Source: Methanobacterium formicicum DSM 3637 (lineage in GTDB: Archaea > Methanobacteriota > Methanobacteria > Methanobacteriales > Methanobacteriaceae). Taken from it: a stretch of DNA of 32,000 nucleotides. Of the stretch, positions 16,441 through 24,679 are shown piece after piece. The notes beneath the pieces were generated by a model, which was given only the letters and a program-made list of their open reading frames with translations, was not told the origin of the DNA and did not search any database. The stretch is taken from NCBI RefSeq assembly GCF_000302455.1, contig NZ_AMPO01000001.1:353014-385013 (forward strand). Direction: 5' to 3'. Position 1 is the first letter of the stretch. Each line of letters opens with the position of its first letter. Made by a program: the position numbers and the translations under genes.

Positions 16441-16594
16441 TTTTTCTACTGTAGAAATATTTTTGGATAATTTATTGGACATTCTTGCAATATGGTCATT
16501 TTTTCATTAAAAATAAAGAATTTTTTCTACTGTAGACTACTGGTCCTGTTATGGGGTTTTCCTTCTAGAGTAATTTTTTCTACAGTAGAAAAAA
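16441..16594. promoter_or_regulatory. three copies of palindrome TTTCTAC-[T/A]-GTAGAAA
   Basis: Copies centred at 16450, 16531 (partial right arm) and 16584 (perfect 10-bp arms TTTTTTCTAC-A-GTAGAAAAAA). Confidence 0.5.
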
Positions 16595-16913
16595 GTGAGT
16601 TGATTTTAGGTAAAATTAGGGATGGGGCTGAGGATAGAATCAATACATTGACTAAAAAGTTTTATAAACAAAAGGAATAAAGCACTTAGACAATAATAAT
16701 TTAAAAAAATTCTCAAATCTTATAAATCTTAAATCTTAAAATTTCTTAAAACCTAAATAAATTCCAAAAAAGGAAAAAAATTCTGATATTTTTTATTAAA
16801 AGTTTATTTCAATACAACTCAATACAACACTGAATAAGTTTTCAATGTATACAGGTTTATTCATAAGATAACTATGCGGGTAATATTTTAAGTCAAGATA
16901 ACATTTTAGGAGA

Positions 16914-18092
16914 ATGATTATGAAGTTTAAAAGCGTGGATATATTTTCACCCTACATTCTGGTGATAATTATAGCTTTGTACGTATCATTGGCAGCAATA
17001 GCTTACCAGGAACACCTGAGAAACTTACAATGGATTTCCAGTACCACCTGGGCCTATGTTTTTGGAGGGACCATTTTTTTCATTGCCGGAGTATTCCTCC
17101 CAAAATTCATTTACAATCACAACGAAAAACTAAAATCGCTCTTTGGAGGGCCCAACGTTGGCGAAAAAGATTCTGCTCCATGGTACAATAAACTGCGAAT
17201 GCTCTTAGATGAGCGGGTAGTCCTTGCTGCAGTAATGATTGCCATATTCCTGCAGATACTAAATCTCTATCTCCTGGGGGGCATACCAATCTTAAGCGGC
17301 TACCTGAAGTTCAAGGCCACTACAGACTTATGGCGTTTTGCATACCCACTGTTTCTCCCAGCAATTACCATTCTTCTGGCTAAATATCCACGTAAATGGT
17401 ACTATCTTCTCTTTATCATAGGACTGGGAGTTTTTGCTATCAATGGGTACCGAACCACCACCATGGCCATACTCATCAGTGGTTTCATAACCCTGTACTA
17501 CACCAGAAGAATGAAAACCAGCCATATACTAATTTCTCTCCTTATAATTGCTTTAGTAGGGGTAGCAGCAGGTTATATTGCTGTCATGTCTATTCAATGG
17601 CAGCAATGGGCATTGAATCCATTACAGCTCGTTGCTTACCGGGCAGGATTTACAATGATGGTCTTTGACAAGATCGTCCACATGGCAGGAACCACTGGAG
17701 GCACTCTGTTTCAGCAAGCATTCTCAACAGGACATCCCAGGGTTATAGTGGGAGAAGTAGTTCTTCATTACCCTTTACCCGGTGGTGCACCAACTACCAG
17801 TATCACATCCACCATATTCGGACCAGCAGTACTGGACTTTGGATTTTATGCCATGGCCATACAGATGTTCATAATTGGAGCAGTACTAAGGATAATATAC
17901 GCTACCCAGATTAAGGCCAACGGAGCATTCACCGCCCTGTATGCAATCGTGCTTACTCACACCATGATATGGGTGGAAACAGGCCCCACAGATAGTGTGG
18001 TTTACATCTTCTATTTCCTGGCCTTAATTGCAGTGGTTATTTATGCGACTCAATTGATGAGAACTCATAAAAAACCTGAGGGTAATTCATAA
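16914..18092 (+). CDS. polytopic membrane protein, oligosaccharide repeat-unit polymerase (Wzy)-like
   Basis: 392 aa with ~10 hydrophobic segments; central GYRTTTMAILISGFITLYYTRRMK and C-terminal GGAPTTSITSTIFGPAVLDFGF pattern typical of repeat-unit polymerases. Confidence 0.65.
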   Translation: MIMKFKSVDIFSPYILVIIIALYVSLAAIAYQEHLRNLQWISSTTWAYVFGGTIFFIAGVFLPKFIYNHNEKLKSLFGGPNVGEKDSAPWYNKLRMLLDERVVLAAVMIAIFLQILNLYLLGGIPILSGYLKFKATTDLWRFAYPLFLPAITILLAKYPRKWYYLLFIIGLGVFAINGYRTTTMAILISGFITLYYTRRMKTSHILISLLIIALVGVAAGYIAVMSIQWQQWALNPLQLVAYRAGFTMMVFDKIVHMAGTTGGTLFQQAFSTGHPRVIVGEVVLHYPLPGGAPTTSITSTIFGPAVLDFGFYAMAIQMFIIGAVLRIIYATQIKANGAFTALYAIVLTHTMIWVETGPTDSVVYIFYFLALIAVVIYATQLMRTHKKPEGNS

Positions 18093-18190
18093 AGAACATG
18101 AGGGATAACCCCTAAAAAACCTGAGGTAACCCCTAACCTGGGGTAACACCTAAAAAACCTGAGGTAACTCATAAAGAACATGAGGGTATT
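18064..18190. repeat. imperfect ~22-nt tandem array (C[C/A]TGAGG-containing units)
   Basis: CCTGAGG/CATGAGG/CCTGGGG cores at 18075, 18097, 18120, 18137, 18158, 18179 (spacings 22, 23, 17, 21, 21). Confidence 0.75.
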
Positions 18191-18250
18191 AAAACGAGCT
18201 GGATCCTCCATGGAATATTTCTATATGGGGTCAAGCAATCCCATTTTTTA

Positions 18251-18306
18251 GGGAGTCAAAAAAATCTCCCTTTTTTCCATTTTAAAGGAATAATGGAAAA
18301 TTTTTT
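18251..18306. terminator. two consecutive hairpins each followed by T6
   Basis: GGGAG...CTCCC (18251-18270) then TTTTTT; TTTTCCATT...AATGGAAAA (18273-18300, perfect 9-bp arms) then TTTTTT. Confidence 0.5.
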
Positions 18307-18550
18307 ACACTGGAAATGCACGTCTTTTTTAATCAGGAATATTATTTTTGTAATACAATAGGGTTATCAACACTCCTGTAACTTTGAAGGCAATAAACTG
18401 ATAAATAATTAATTAACCTGTTTATCCGAATAAGAGCTTTAATTATGGAATCTGATTTCTTTAAATAGCTGCCTTTCCACTTGCCCTCTGAATCTCCTAT
18501 ATAAACCTTCCCCTAATAATTAAATGAAAAAATACTTAAGCCGATCTCTC

Positions 18551-19402
<852 letters not shown>

Positions 19403-19415
19403 GTCTATTCTTTAA

Positions 19416-19449
19416 ACAGTCCTTGGGGACTGTATTTTTTTTATTTTTT
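19416..19449 (+). terminator. mtd intrinsic-like terminator
   Basis: ACAGTCC-ttgg-GGACTGT 7-bp perfect stem (19416-19433) followed by a T-rich tract, 13 nt after the mtd stop. Confidence 0.7.
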
Positions 19450-19561
19450 GATAAATTTTTGTTTCAGTTACATTTTTCTAATTCATTACACGTTCTCAAA
19501 TTTTAATAAGATCATTACTATTTAATATTACGTCATCCATAACCAAATATGGTGTATTAAA

Positions 19562-20758
19562 ATGATCGAAAACATCATTGAACGCTTCTCCAAAGCAGCC
19601 AGCATGCAACGATGGAATGACCACATACGTCCGGTTGAATTTACTGAACTGGATAAACAGGCTCATAAAATGGTTATTGCCTATGTTATAGCTAGATTTG
19701 AGGAAGACAGGCGGGGTCCTGGTAGTGTAAACTGGATTTCTCTCATAGAAGGGGGTATATTCGAATTCCTCCACCGGACTGTTTTAACGGATATTAAACC
19801 CCCAGTATTTCACCGTATGATGAAAGAAAAGGGTGAAGAACTTAATAAACATGTTTTTCAGAAACTGGAAAGTGATATGGAGGGTCTGGATCAGGGGTTC
19901 CAGAACCGTTTTATGAGTTACTACCAGGAAAGTCCCAGCAGCTTGGAAAGACGAATACTTCGGGCAGCGCACTATCTGGCCACTCAGTGGGAGTTCAAGA
20001 TCATCTACCATACCGCACCATTCATCTATGGTATTGAAAAAACTAAAGAAAACATTGAAAACCAGATAGAAGATCATTACGATTTAATCGGGGTGCAGAA
20101 GATCCTCCTGGGTAAAAAATCCTTTGGATTCATTGACCTCTGTGGACAGCTCCGTTTCCAGAAGCGATGGGCACACATTCCCCGCATACCCGAAACATCA
20201 GTACTGGGGCACATGTTCATTGTGGCTGCAACCAGCTATCTATGCACTCTGGAAATGGGCATGAATGCATGTTCTAAAAGATTTTACAATAACTTTTATG
20301 CAGGATTATTCCATGATCTACCTGAAGTCCTGACTAAAGATATCATATCACCAGTTAAAGGTTCAGTAGAGGGCCTTAAAGAGATAATTAAGGATTATGA
20401 AGATTTTCAGATGAAAGAAGAACTTTTACCCCTCTTGCCCCGACCATGGCATGAGGATATGAAATATTTTTCAGAATCAGAGTTTGAAAATAAGATACAG
20501 GCTAATCAAGAAGTTAAACTGGGTATCAGTTTCCGGGACCTCAATAAAAAGTACAATCGCGATGAATTCTCACCTCTTGATGGGGAACTTCTCCACGCAG
20601 CGGATCGTCTTGCTGCATTTATTGAGGCTAAACTCTCCCTGGACCATGGAATAAAATCATTGGAACTGGAAGAAGCAGCAAAAAACATATACTCAGATTA
20701 TGAAGGGCAGAAGATTTCAGGCATAGATTTTGGTAGAATATTCAAGTACTTTCGATAA
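19562..20758 (+). CDS. HD-domain (phosphohydrolase-like) protein
   Basis: 398-aa ORF with two candidate HD elements (YNNFYAGLFHDLPEVLTKDIISP and ELLHAADRLAAFIEAKLSLDHG). Confidence 0.75.
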   Translation: MIENIIERFSKAASMQRWNDHIRPVEFTELDKQAHKMVIAYVIARFEEDRRGPGSVNWISLIEGGIFEFLHRTVLTDIKPPVFHRMMKEKGEELNKHVFQKLESDMEGLDQGFQNRFMSYYQESPSSLERRILRAAHYLATQWEFKIIYHTAPFIYGIEKTKENIENQIEDHYDLIGVQKILLGKKSFGFIDLCGQLRFQKRWAHIPRIPETSVLGHMFIVAATSYLCTLEMGMNACSKRFYNNFYAGLFHDLPEVLTKDIISPVKGSVEGLKEIIKDYEDFQMKEELLPLLPRPWHEDMKYFSESEFENKIQANQEVKLGISFRDLNKKYNRDEFSPLDGELLHAADRLAAFIEAKLSLDHGIKSLELEEAAKNIYSDYEGQKISGIDFGRIFKYFR

Positions 20759-20779
20759 GTGACCAAGTAATCCTAAAAT

Positions 20780-20878
20780 GGAAAAATAGGCATAATTACC
20801 TAAGATACGAAAATAAACAGGGTAATATTTAAGCAATGGAAAAATAAGCCAATTATTTCTAAAAAAGGGAAAAATAAA
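20780..20878. repeat. imperfect ~29-nt tandem array, unit GGAAAAATAagcc...
   Basis: G(G)AAAA(A)TA cores at 20781, 20809, 20839, 20869 (spacings 28, 30, 30), directly downstream of the HD gene stop. Confidence 0.55.
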
Positions 20879-20946
20879 ATGTGAGGGATGGAACAGATTC
20901 CATAATTAATTTCTTAAATTTATTAACCATTCCATTTTTTTAGTTA

Positions 20947-21417
20947 CTATTCCTGGAATTTCCTGGCAAAATCTTGTACCATGGTTTCCCATTCCCCACT
21001 TTTCTGGGCCTTACCCCAAATGGCCATTTTGTCAATAAATTCCATTCCCTGGGATTCTAAGTTTTCACGGATCTGCATGGTGGCGATCTGATTACCATCA
21101 CCACCCATGGTTACCAGGGCAGCGCATTTTTTCCCAGAAACATTCTCCAACTCTTTTAGGTACTGGTTAATGCCTGGGGGGGTGCGGCTAGCCCAGACAG
21201 GACAGCAGACAATTAAACAATCGTATTGGCTCATGTCAGTTATGCAGGGTTTTATGGGCCATTTTTTCTCCAGATATGCGTGGACTGCTTTAATAAGATA
21301 CCATCTATCTTTAACAGGTTCTATACGTGTAAAATCTGCATTTATTATATCCTGCAGTTTCTGGGCAACAGTCAGTGTGTTCCCAGAGTAAGAATAACAG
21401 GCGATCAGTGGTTTCAT
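20947..21417 (-). CDS. flavodoxin family protein
   Basis: 156-aa ORF: MKPLIACYSYSGNTLTVAQKLQ FMN phosphate-binding loop, YDCLIVCCPVWASRTPP; strong GGAGG RBS. Confidence 0.88.
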   Translation of the reverse strand: MKPLIACYSYSGNTLTVAQKLQDIINADFTRIEPVKDRWYLIKAVHAYLEKKWPIKPCITDMSQYDCLIVCCPVWASRTPPGINQYLKELENVSGKKCAALVTMGGDGNQIATMQIRENLESQGMEFIDKMAIWGKAQKSGEWETMVQDFARKFQE

Positions 21418-21501
21418 TTTTTTACCTCCAAATTTATTTTTCGTAAAAGATTATCATGTTTGCACTTGACAATATCATGTTAATGTTTGTTCAATAAATC
21501 T

Positions 21502-22155
21502 TTAGTCTTTGGTGCCTAGGATTAATTTTTTAAGATCTCTAAGGGACCATACTTTGAGGGCAACCACAAAAAGCACAGGGATCATGAATAAAATTAACAA
21601 ACTCCATTTCAGGTTAATAAAAGAGATTAACATGGACAGGATCACTATGGCTGGTGTGAATAATGTGATTCTTTTAATGTAAGGATCGTATGGTTTTACC
21701 TTCTCCAGGATCAGATCATGATCTACAGAATACTTCCAGATCATAAAGGCGAACAAACCCACAACTAGGATGTTCACGTCGAAAATCACTTGTGAGAGCT
21801 GGTACTGGGGAAATTGTGCAATAAGTGATGTTGATAGGGGCACCAGAGCTATGAACATCAACCAGAAAACATTGATCCAGATCAAAGTCATATTTGCTTT
21901 TTTAATAAGGAACAATATATGGTGGTTTATCCAAAAACCAGCTAATATTAAGAAACTGAGAAAGTAAACAACGTACTTGGGTAAAATTTCTCCGGTGGTT
22001 TGTAGAAACAGTTGAGAAGTGTGGATGGGCCCCATGGGTATCTCAATGGTCACCACTAGGATGGTCATGGCTATAGCAAACAAACCATCAGTCAGGGTTT
22101 CCAGTCTATTGGTAGGAAAGTACAGGCCTGGTTTCTTTTTATCTTCAGAATTCAT
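21502..22155 (-). CDS. TMEM175/DUF1211-like membrane protein (paralog 1)
   Basis: 217 aa, multi-TM; RLETLTDGLFAIAMTILVVTIEIP signature and FWINHHILFLIKKANMTLIWINVFWLMFIALVPLSTSLI. Confidence 0.85.
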   Translation of the reverse strand: MNSEDKKKPGLYFPTNRLETLTDGLFAIAMTILVVTIEIPMGPIHTSQLFLQTTGEILPKYVVYFLSFLILAGFWINHHILFLIKKANMTLIWINVFWLMFIALVPLSTSLIAQFPQYQLSQVIFDVNILVVGLFAFMIWKYSVDHDLILEKVKPYDPYIKRITLFTPAIVILSMLISFINLKWSLLILFMIPVLFVVALKVWSLRDLKKLILGTKD

Positions 22156-22254
22156 TTCAGTCTCCTTTTGCTTAAAATGTTCCCGTTTAGTTAATGGTTT
22201 GTTTACAATTTATAGATATCTGTTTTTAGTGGTATTATTAGGTCTATTAATTAT

Positions 22255-22893
22255 TTACTTTATCCTCTTCTTTTTTTGACAAAGATACGTAATATTTAAA
22301 AGAACGGGTATCAGTATGAAAATGAGAATAGTTCCCACTGGAATGATAAAAGAAATTCCAATTGCTATCAACGATATTACTGGCAGTAAAAGGTTAGATC
22401 GTTGGATTATCTTGGCGTAGGGGGTCACTGGTTCGTATATCATTTCATTTTTAAAAGCGTAGTGCCAGATGTTATAATATAAAACGCCGATAATCAGCAT
22501 GTTTAAGGCGAATATGATCTCTGCAAACTGGTACTGGCCATAGTTACTCATTAATGATGTGGAAAATGGCACAATGGCAATTGACATTAACCAGAATATG
22601 TTTAACCAGTTAAGGGCCAGATCAGTATACTTCATGGCGTAAAATATGTGGTGGTTCAACCAGAAACCACCTAAAATTGCGAAACTAATTATGTAAATGC
22701 CTATCTGGGGCATTAGTGTGTTAACGATATAATCATTGATTAAGGGTGGGGTGGGGTTAGCAGGCAGTACAGGTACTTCAAGGCTTAAAACCAGCAGAGT
22801 CATTGCTATGGCAAATATTCCATCAGTTAAGGTTTCAAGTCTGATTTTTGGAATTTTTTGTTCAGGTGCAACTGGTTCTTCATTGCCTGACAT
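22255..22893 (-). CDS. TMEM175/DUF1211-like membrane protein (paralog 2)
   Basis: 212 aa; RLETLTDGIFAIAMTLLVLSLEVP, FWLNHHIFYAMKYTDLALNWLNIFWLMSIAIVPFSTSLM; GGAG upstream of ATG. Confidence 0.85.
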   Translation of the reverse strand: MSGNEEPVAPEQKIPKIRLETLTDGIFAIAMTLLVLSLEVPVLPANPTPPLINDYIVNTLMPQIGIYIISFAILGGFWLNHHIFYAMKYTDLALNWLNIFWLMSIAIVPFSTSLMSNYGQYQFAEIIFALNMLIIGVLYYNIWHYAFKNEMIYEPVTPYAKIIQRSNLLLPVISLIAIGISFIIPVGTILIFILIPVLLNITYLCQKKKRIK

Positions 22894-22899
22894 AATTAC

Positions 22900-23060
22900 T
22901 CCAATGATTACCCAATGATTTTTTAGTTTTCAATCATGGCATTTAGATTTACCCAATGATTCATTTTAGATTATTCGATCATTGTTTTTAGATTTACCCA
23001 ATGATTCCTTTTAGATTTACCCAACGTTTGTTTTTAGATCATCCTAATGATTGCTTTAGA
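22900..23060. repeat. imperfect tandem array, ~22.5-nt period, unit TTTTAGATTTACCCAATGATTC
   Basis: TTTAGA cores at 22942, 22965, 22987, 23010, 23033, 23055 (spacings 23, 22, 23, 23, 22), with degenerate copies from ~22900. Confidence 0.85.
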
Positions 23061-23643
23061 TGACACCTTTGGTACTGGGCATCCTATCATGAACCACTCT
23101 GGTTGCATCGTGCAGTGCACGGGCCAGGGCTTTGAAAATGGCTTCCACCTGGTGGTGGTCATTTTCTCCTTCACAGCGGGCGTGTAGATTGATCTTCCCT
23201 GTCTGGGCCAGAGACTCTAAAAAGTGCCCCACGTTCTCGGTGCTGAGGTCACCTACTTTTCCCTGGCGGAAGTTCAGATCCAGTACAGTGTAACTGCGGC
23301 CGGACAGGTCTACAGCTACCATGGCCAGGGATTCATCCATGGGAACCAAAGCATGGGCCATTCTACGTATTCCCTTTTTATCTCCCAGTGCTTCCTGCAG
23401 AGCTTCACCCAGAACTATGCCCATGTCTTCTACAGTATGGTGGTCGTCTATTTGCACATCTCCCTGGGCTTCCACATTCAGATCAAAAAGACTGTGCCTG
23501 GTGAAGGACTCCAGCATGTGGTTAAAAAACTGGATCCCGGTTTCCACCTGGTACTCTCCTGTACCATCCAGATCCAGCTCAACATTTATGCTGGTTTCAG
23601 AGGTCTTCCTCTGTATCTTGCTTTTTCGGTTCATTTGGATCAT
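23056..23643 (-). CDS. hisB: imidazoleglycerol-phosphate dehydratase
   Basis: GIQFFNHMLESFTRHSLFDL, DDHHTVEDMGIVLGEAL, EGENDHHQVEAIFKALARALHDA. Second in-frame ATG (23634) is a plausible alternative start. Confidence 0.96.
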   Translation of the reverse strand: MIQMNRKSKIQRKTSETSINVELDLDGTGEYQVETGIQFFNHMLESFTRHSLFDLNVEAQGDVQIDDHHTVEDMGIVLGEALQEALGDKKGIRRMAHALVPMDESLAMVAVDLSGRSYTVLDLNFRQGKVGDLSTENVGHFLESLAQTGKINLHARCEGENDHHQVEAIFKALARALHDATRVVHDRMPSTKGVI

Positions 23644-23824
23644 CCCTCACTATGAGTATGGCACCTTCCGGACACTTGGAAGCGCAGATTGTGCAGATGT
23701 GACAGTAGCGTAAATTGGTGGCCATGGCTTTATTATTCACATCCCATATTTTAGCTCCTTTGGGGCACTCTTCCTTACAGATTCCACAACCAGTACATTT
23801 TTCTGGATCTACTTCTATTCTCAT
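23597..23824 (-). CDS. 2[4Fe-4S]-type ferredoxin
   Basis: CTGCGICKEECPKG and CHICTICASKCPEGA. The track begins at a TTG (23830); ATG at 23824 has GGAG spaced 7 nt upstream and is preferred. Confidence 0.9.
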   Translation of the reverse strand: MRIEVDPEKCTGCGICKEECPKGAKIWDVNNKAMATNLRYCHICTICASKCPEGAILIVRDDPNEPKKQDTEEDL

Positions 23825-23835
23825 AACCAATCTCC

Positions 23836-23860
23836 TTATAACTTATAAGTTATAACTTAT
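23836..23860. promoter_or_regulatory. perfect 20-nt palindrome TTATAACTTATAAGTTATAA plus partial third copy
   Basis: Read directly at 23836-23855, adjoining the ferredoxin RBS; related copy TTATAACTTATAACTTCAT at 23928-23946. Confidence 0.55.
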
Positions 23861-23977
23861 CATTAAATATTTATAATCGATTAGCAGTATTTTTAGTATA
23901 TCTAAAGGGTTAATAATCTTTAATTAATTATAACTTATAACTTCATGTTTTCATGTGGAAATAACTAAATAGGATCA

Positions 23978-24574
23978 TCAGTCTTTTTGGTATATTTCCA
24001 GGAATTCCTGGAACCGGTTCAGGGTTTTCTTGAGACTTCTAAAACCTTCTTCATCTTCTTTAACCCCTTTTAGGGTATCTCGTGACCAGAAGTTGGCTCC
24101 CAGATTGGATCCAAATGGCCCTCCACTAACCGGTATTGCTCCGTTAAGAATATAAAAAGTCATAATCTGTTGTATGGCCAGTTCCTGACCTCCAACACGA
24201 TCTCCACCCACAGCAATGGCCATTCCTACTTTGTGTTTCAGGAAGTTTATGTCCACTGCCGCAGCTGCACGGGTACGGTCCATAACAGCTTTGATTTGGG
24301 CGCTAACCCCTCCATTGTAAATGGGGGTGGCCATTATAATCCCGTCAACATCCTTAAAAAGAGGATAGAGTTGATACATATCATCTTTAACAATACATTC
24401 CTTTTTCCTCAGGCAGTAATCACAATTCCTGCAGGGGCTAATATCTTTCCCCCGAACAGTGAACAACTCGGTTTTATAACCCTTTTCTTCCATGGTGTTC
24501 AGAGCTTCACTTAGGACGTGCTCTGTGGCCTGTTTCCTGGGGCTTCCGCTTATTCCTAAAATTACTTTTTGCAC
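23978..24574 (-). CDS. NADPH-dependent FMN reductase / iron-sulfur flavoprotein family
   Basis: ILGISGSPRKQATEHVLSEAL, DISPCRNCDYCLRKKECIVKDDM (ISF-type Cys cluster), PIYNGGVSAQIKAVMDRT. GTG start with GGGGG upstream. Confidence 0.9.
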   Translation of the reverse strand: MQKVILGISGSPRKQATEHVLSEALNTMEEKGYKTELFTVRGKDISPCRNCDYCLRKKECIVKDDMYQLYPLFKDVDGIIMATPIYNGGVSAQIKAVMDRTRAAAAVDINFLKHKVGMAIAVGGDRVGGQELAIQQIMTFYILNGAIPVSGGPFGSNLGANFWSRDTLKGVKEDEEGFRSLKKTLNRFQEFLEIYQKD

Positions 24575-24679
24575 ATTAATTCCCCCACATTGAAAATAAT
24601 TTGAATTTATTAGGTTTTAACTTTTTTCTTATACGAACTGTTTTTTCTTATAATATTGGAGAAATATGGTTATTACCAT

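Noticed and set aside
16441-16594. TCTAC-N-GTAGA stems resemble the Cas12a-type CRISPR direct-repeat hairpin (TCTAC...GTAGA).
   Set aside because: Only 1-nt centres, irregular spacing (81 and 53 nt), no conserved full-length repeat, no spacer regularity and no cas genes in the window.
16492-16680. 62-aa ORF in the long intergenic region.
   Set aside because: Its N-terminal half reads through the palindromes and AT-rich sequence, lacks an RBS, and shows no recognisable domain.
18064-18190. Possible CRISPR or mobile-element terminus.
   Set aside because: No spacers, no transposase, and copies degrade into each other; better described as an imperfect tandem repeat.
19496-20077. Minus-strand ORFs (92 and 97 aa) over the HD-domain gene.
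   Set aside because: Antisense to a longer ORF with coherent protein features; no independent support.
22900-23060. Possible CRISPR array because of regular repeats.
   Set aside because: Units are contiguous (22-23 nt) with no unique spacers, imperfect and no adjacent cas genes; this is a tandem array.
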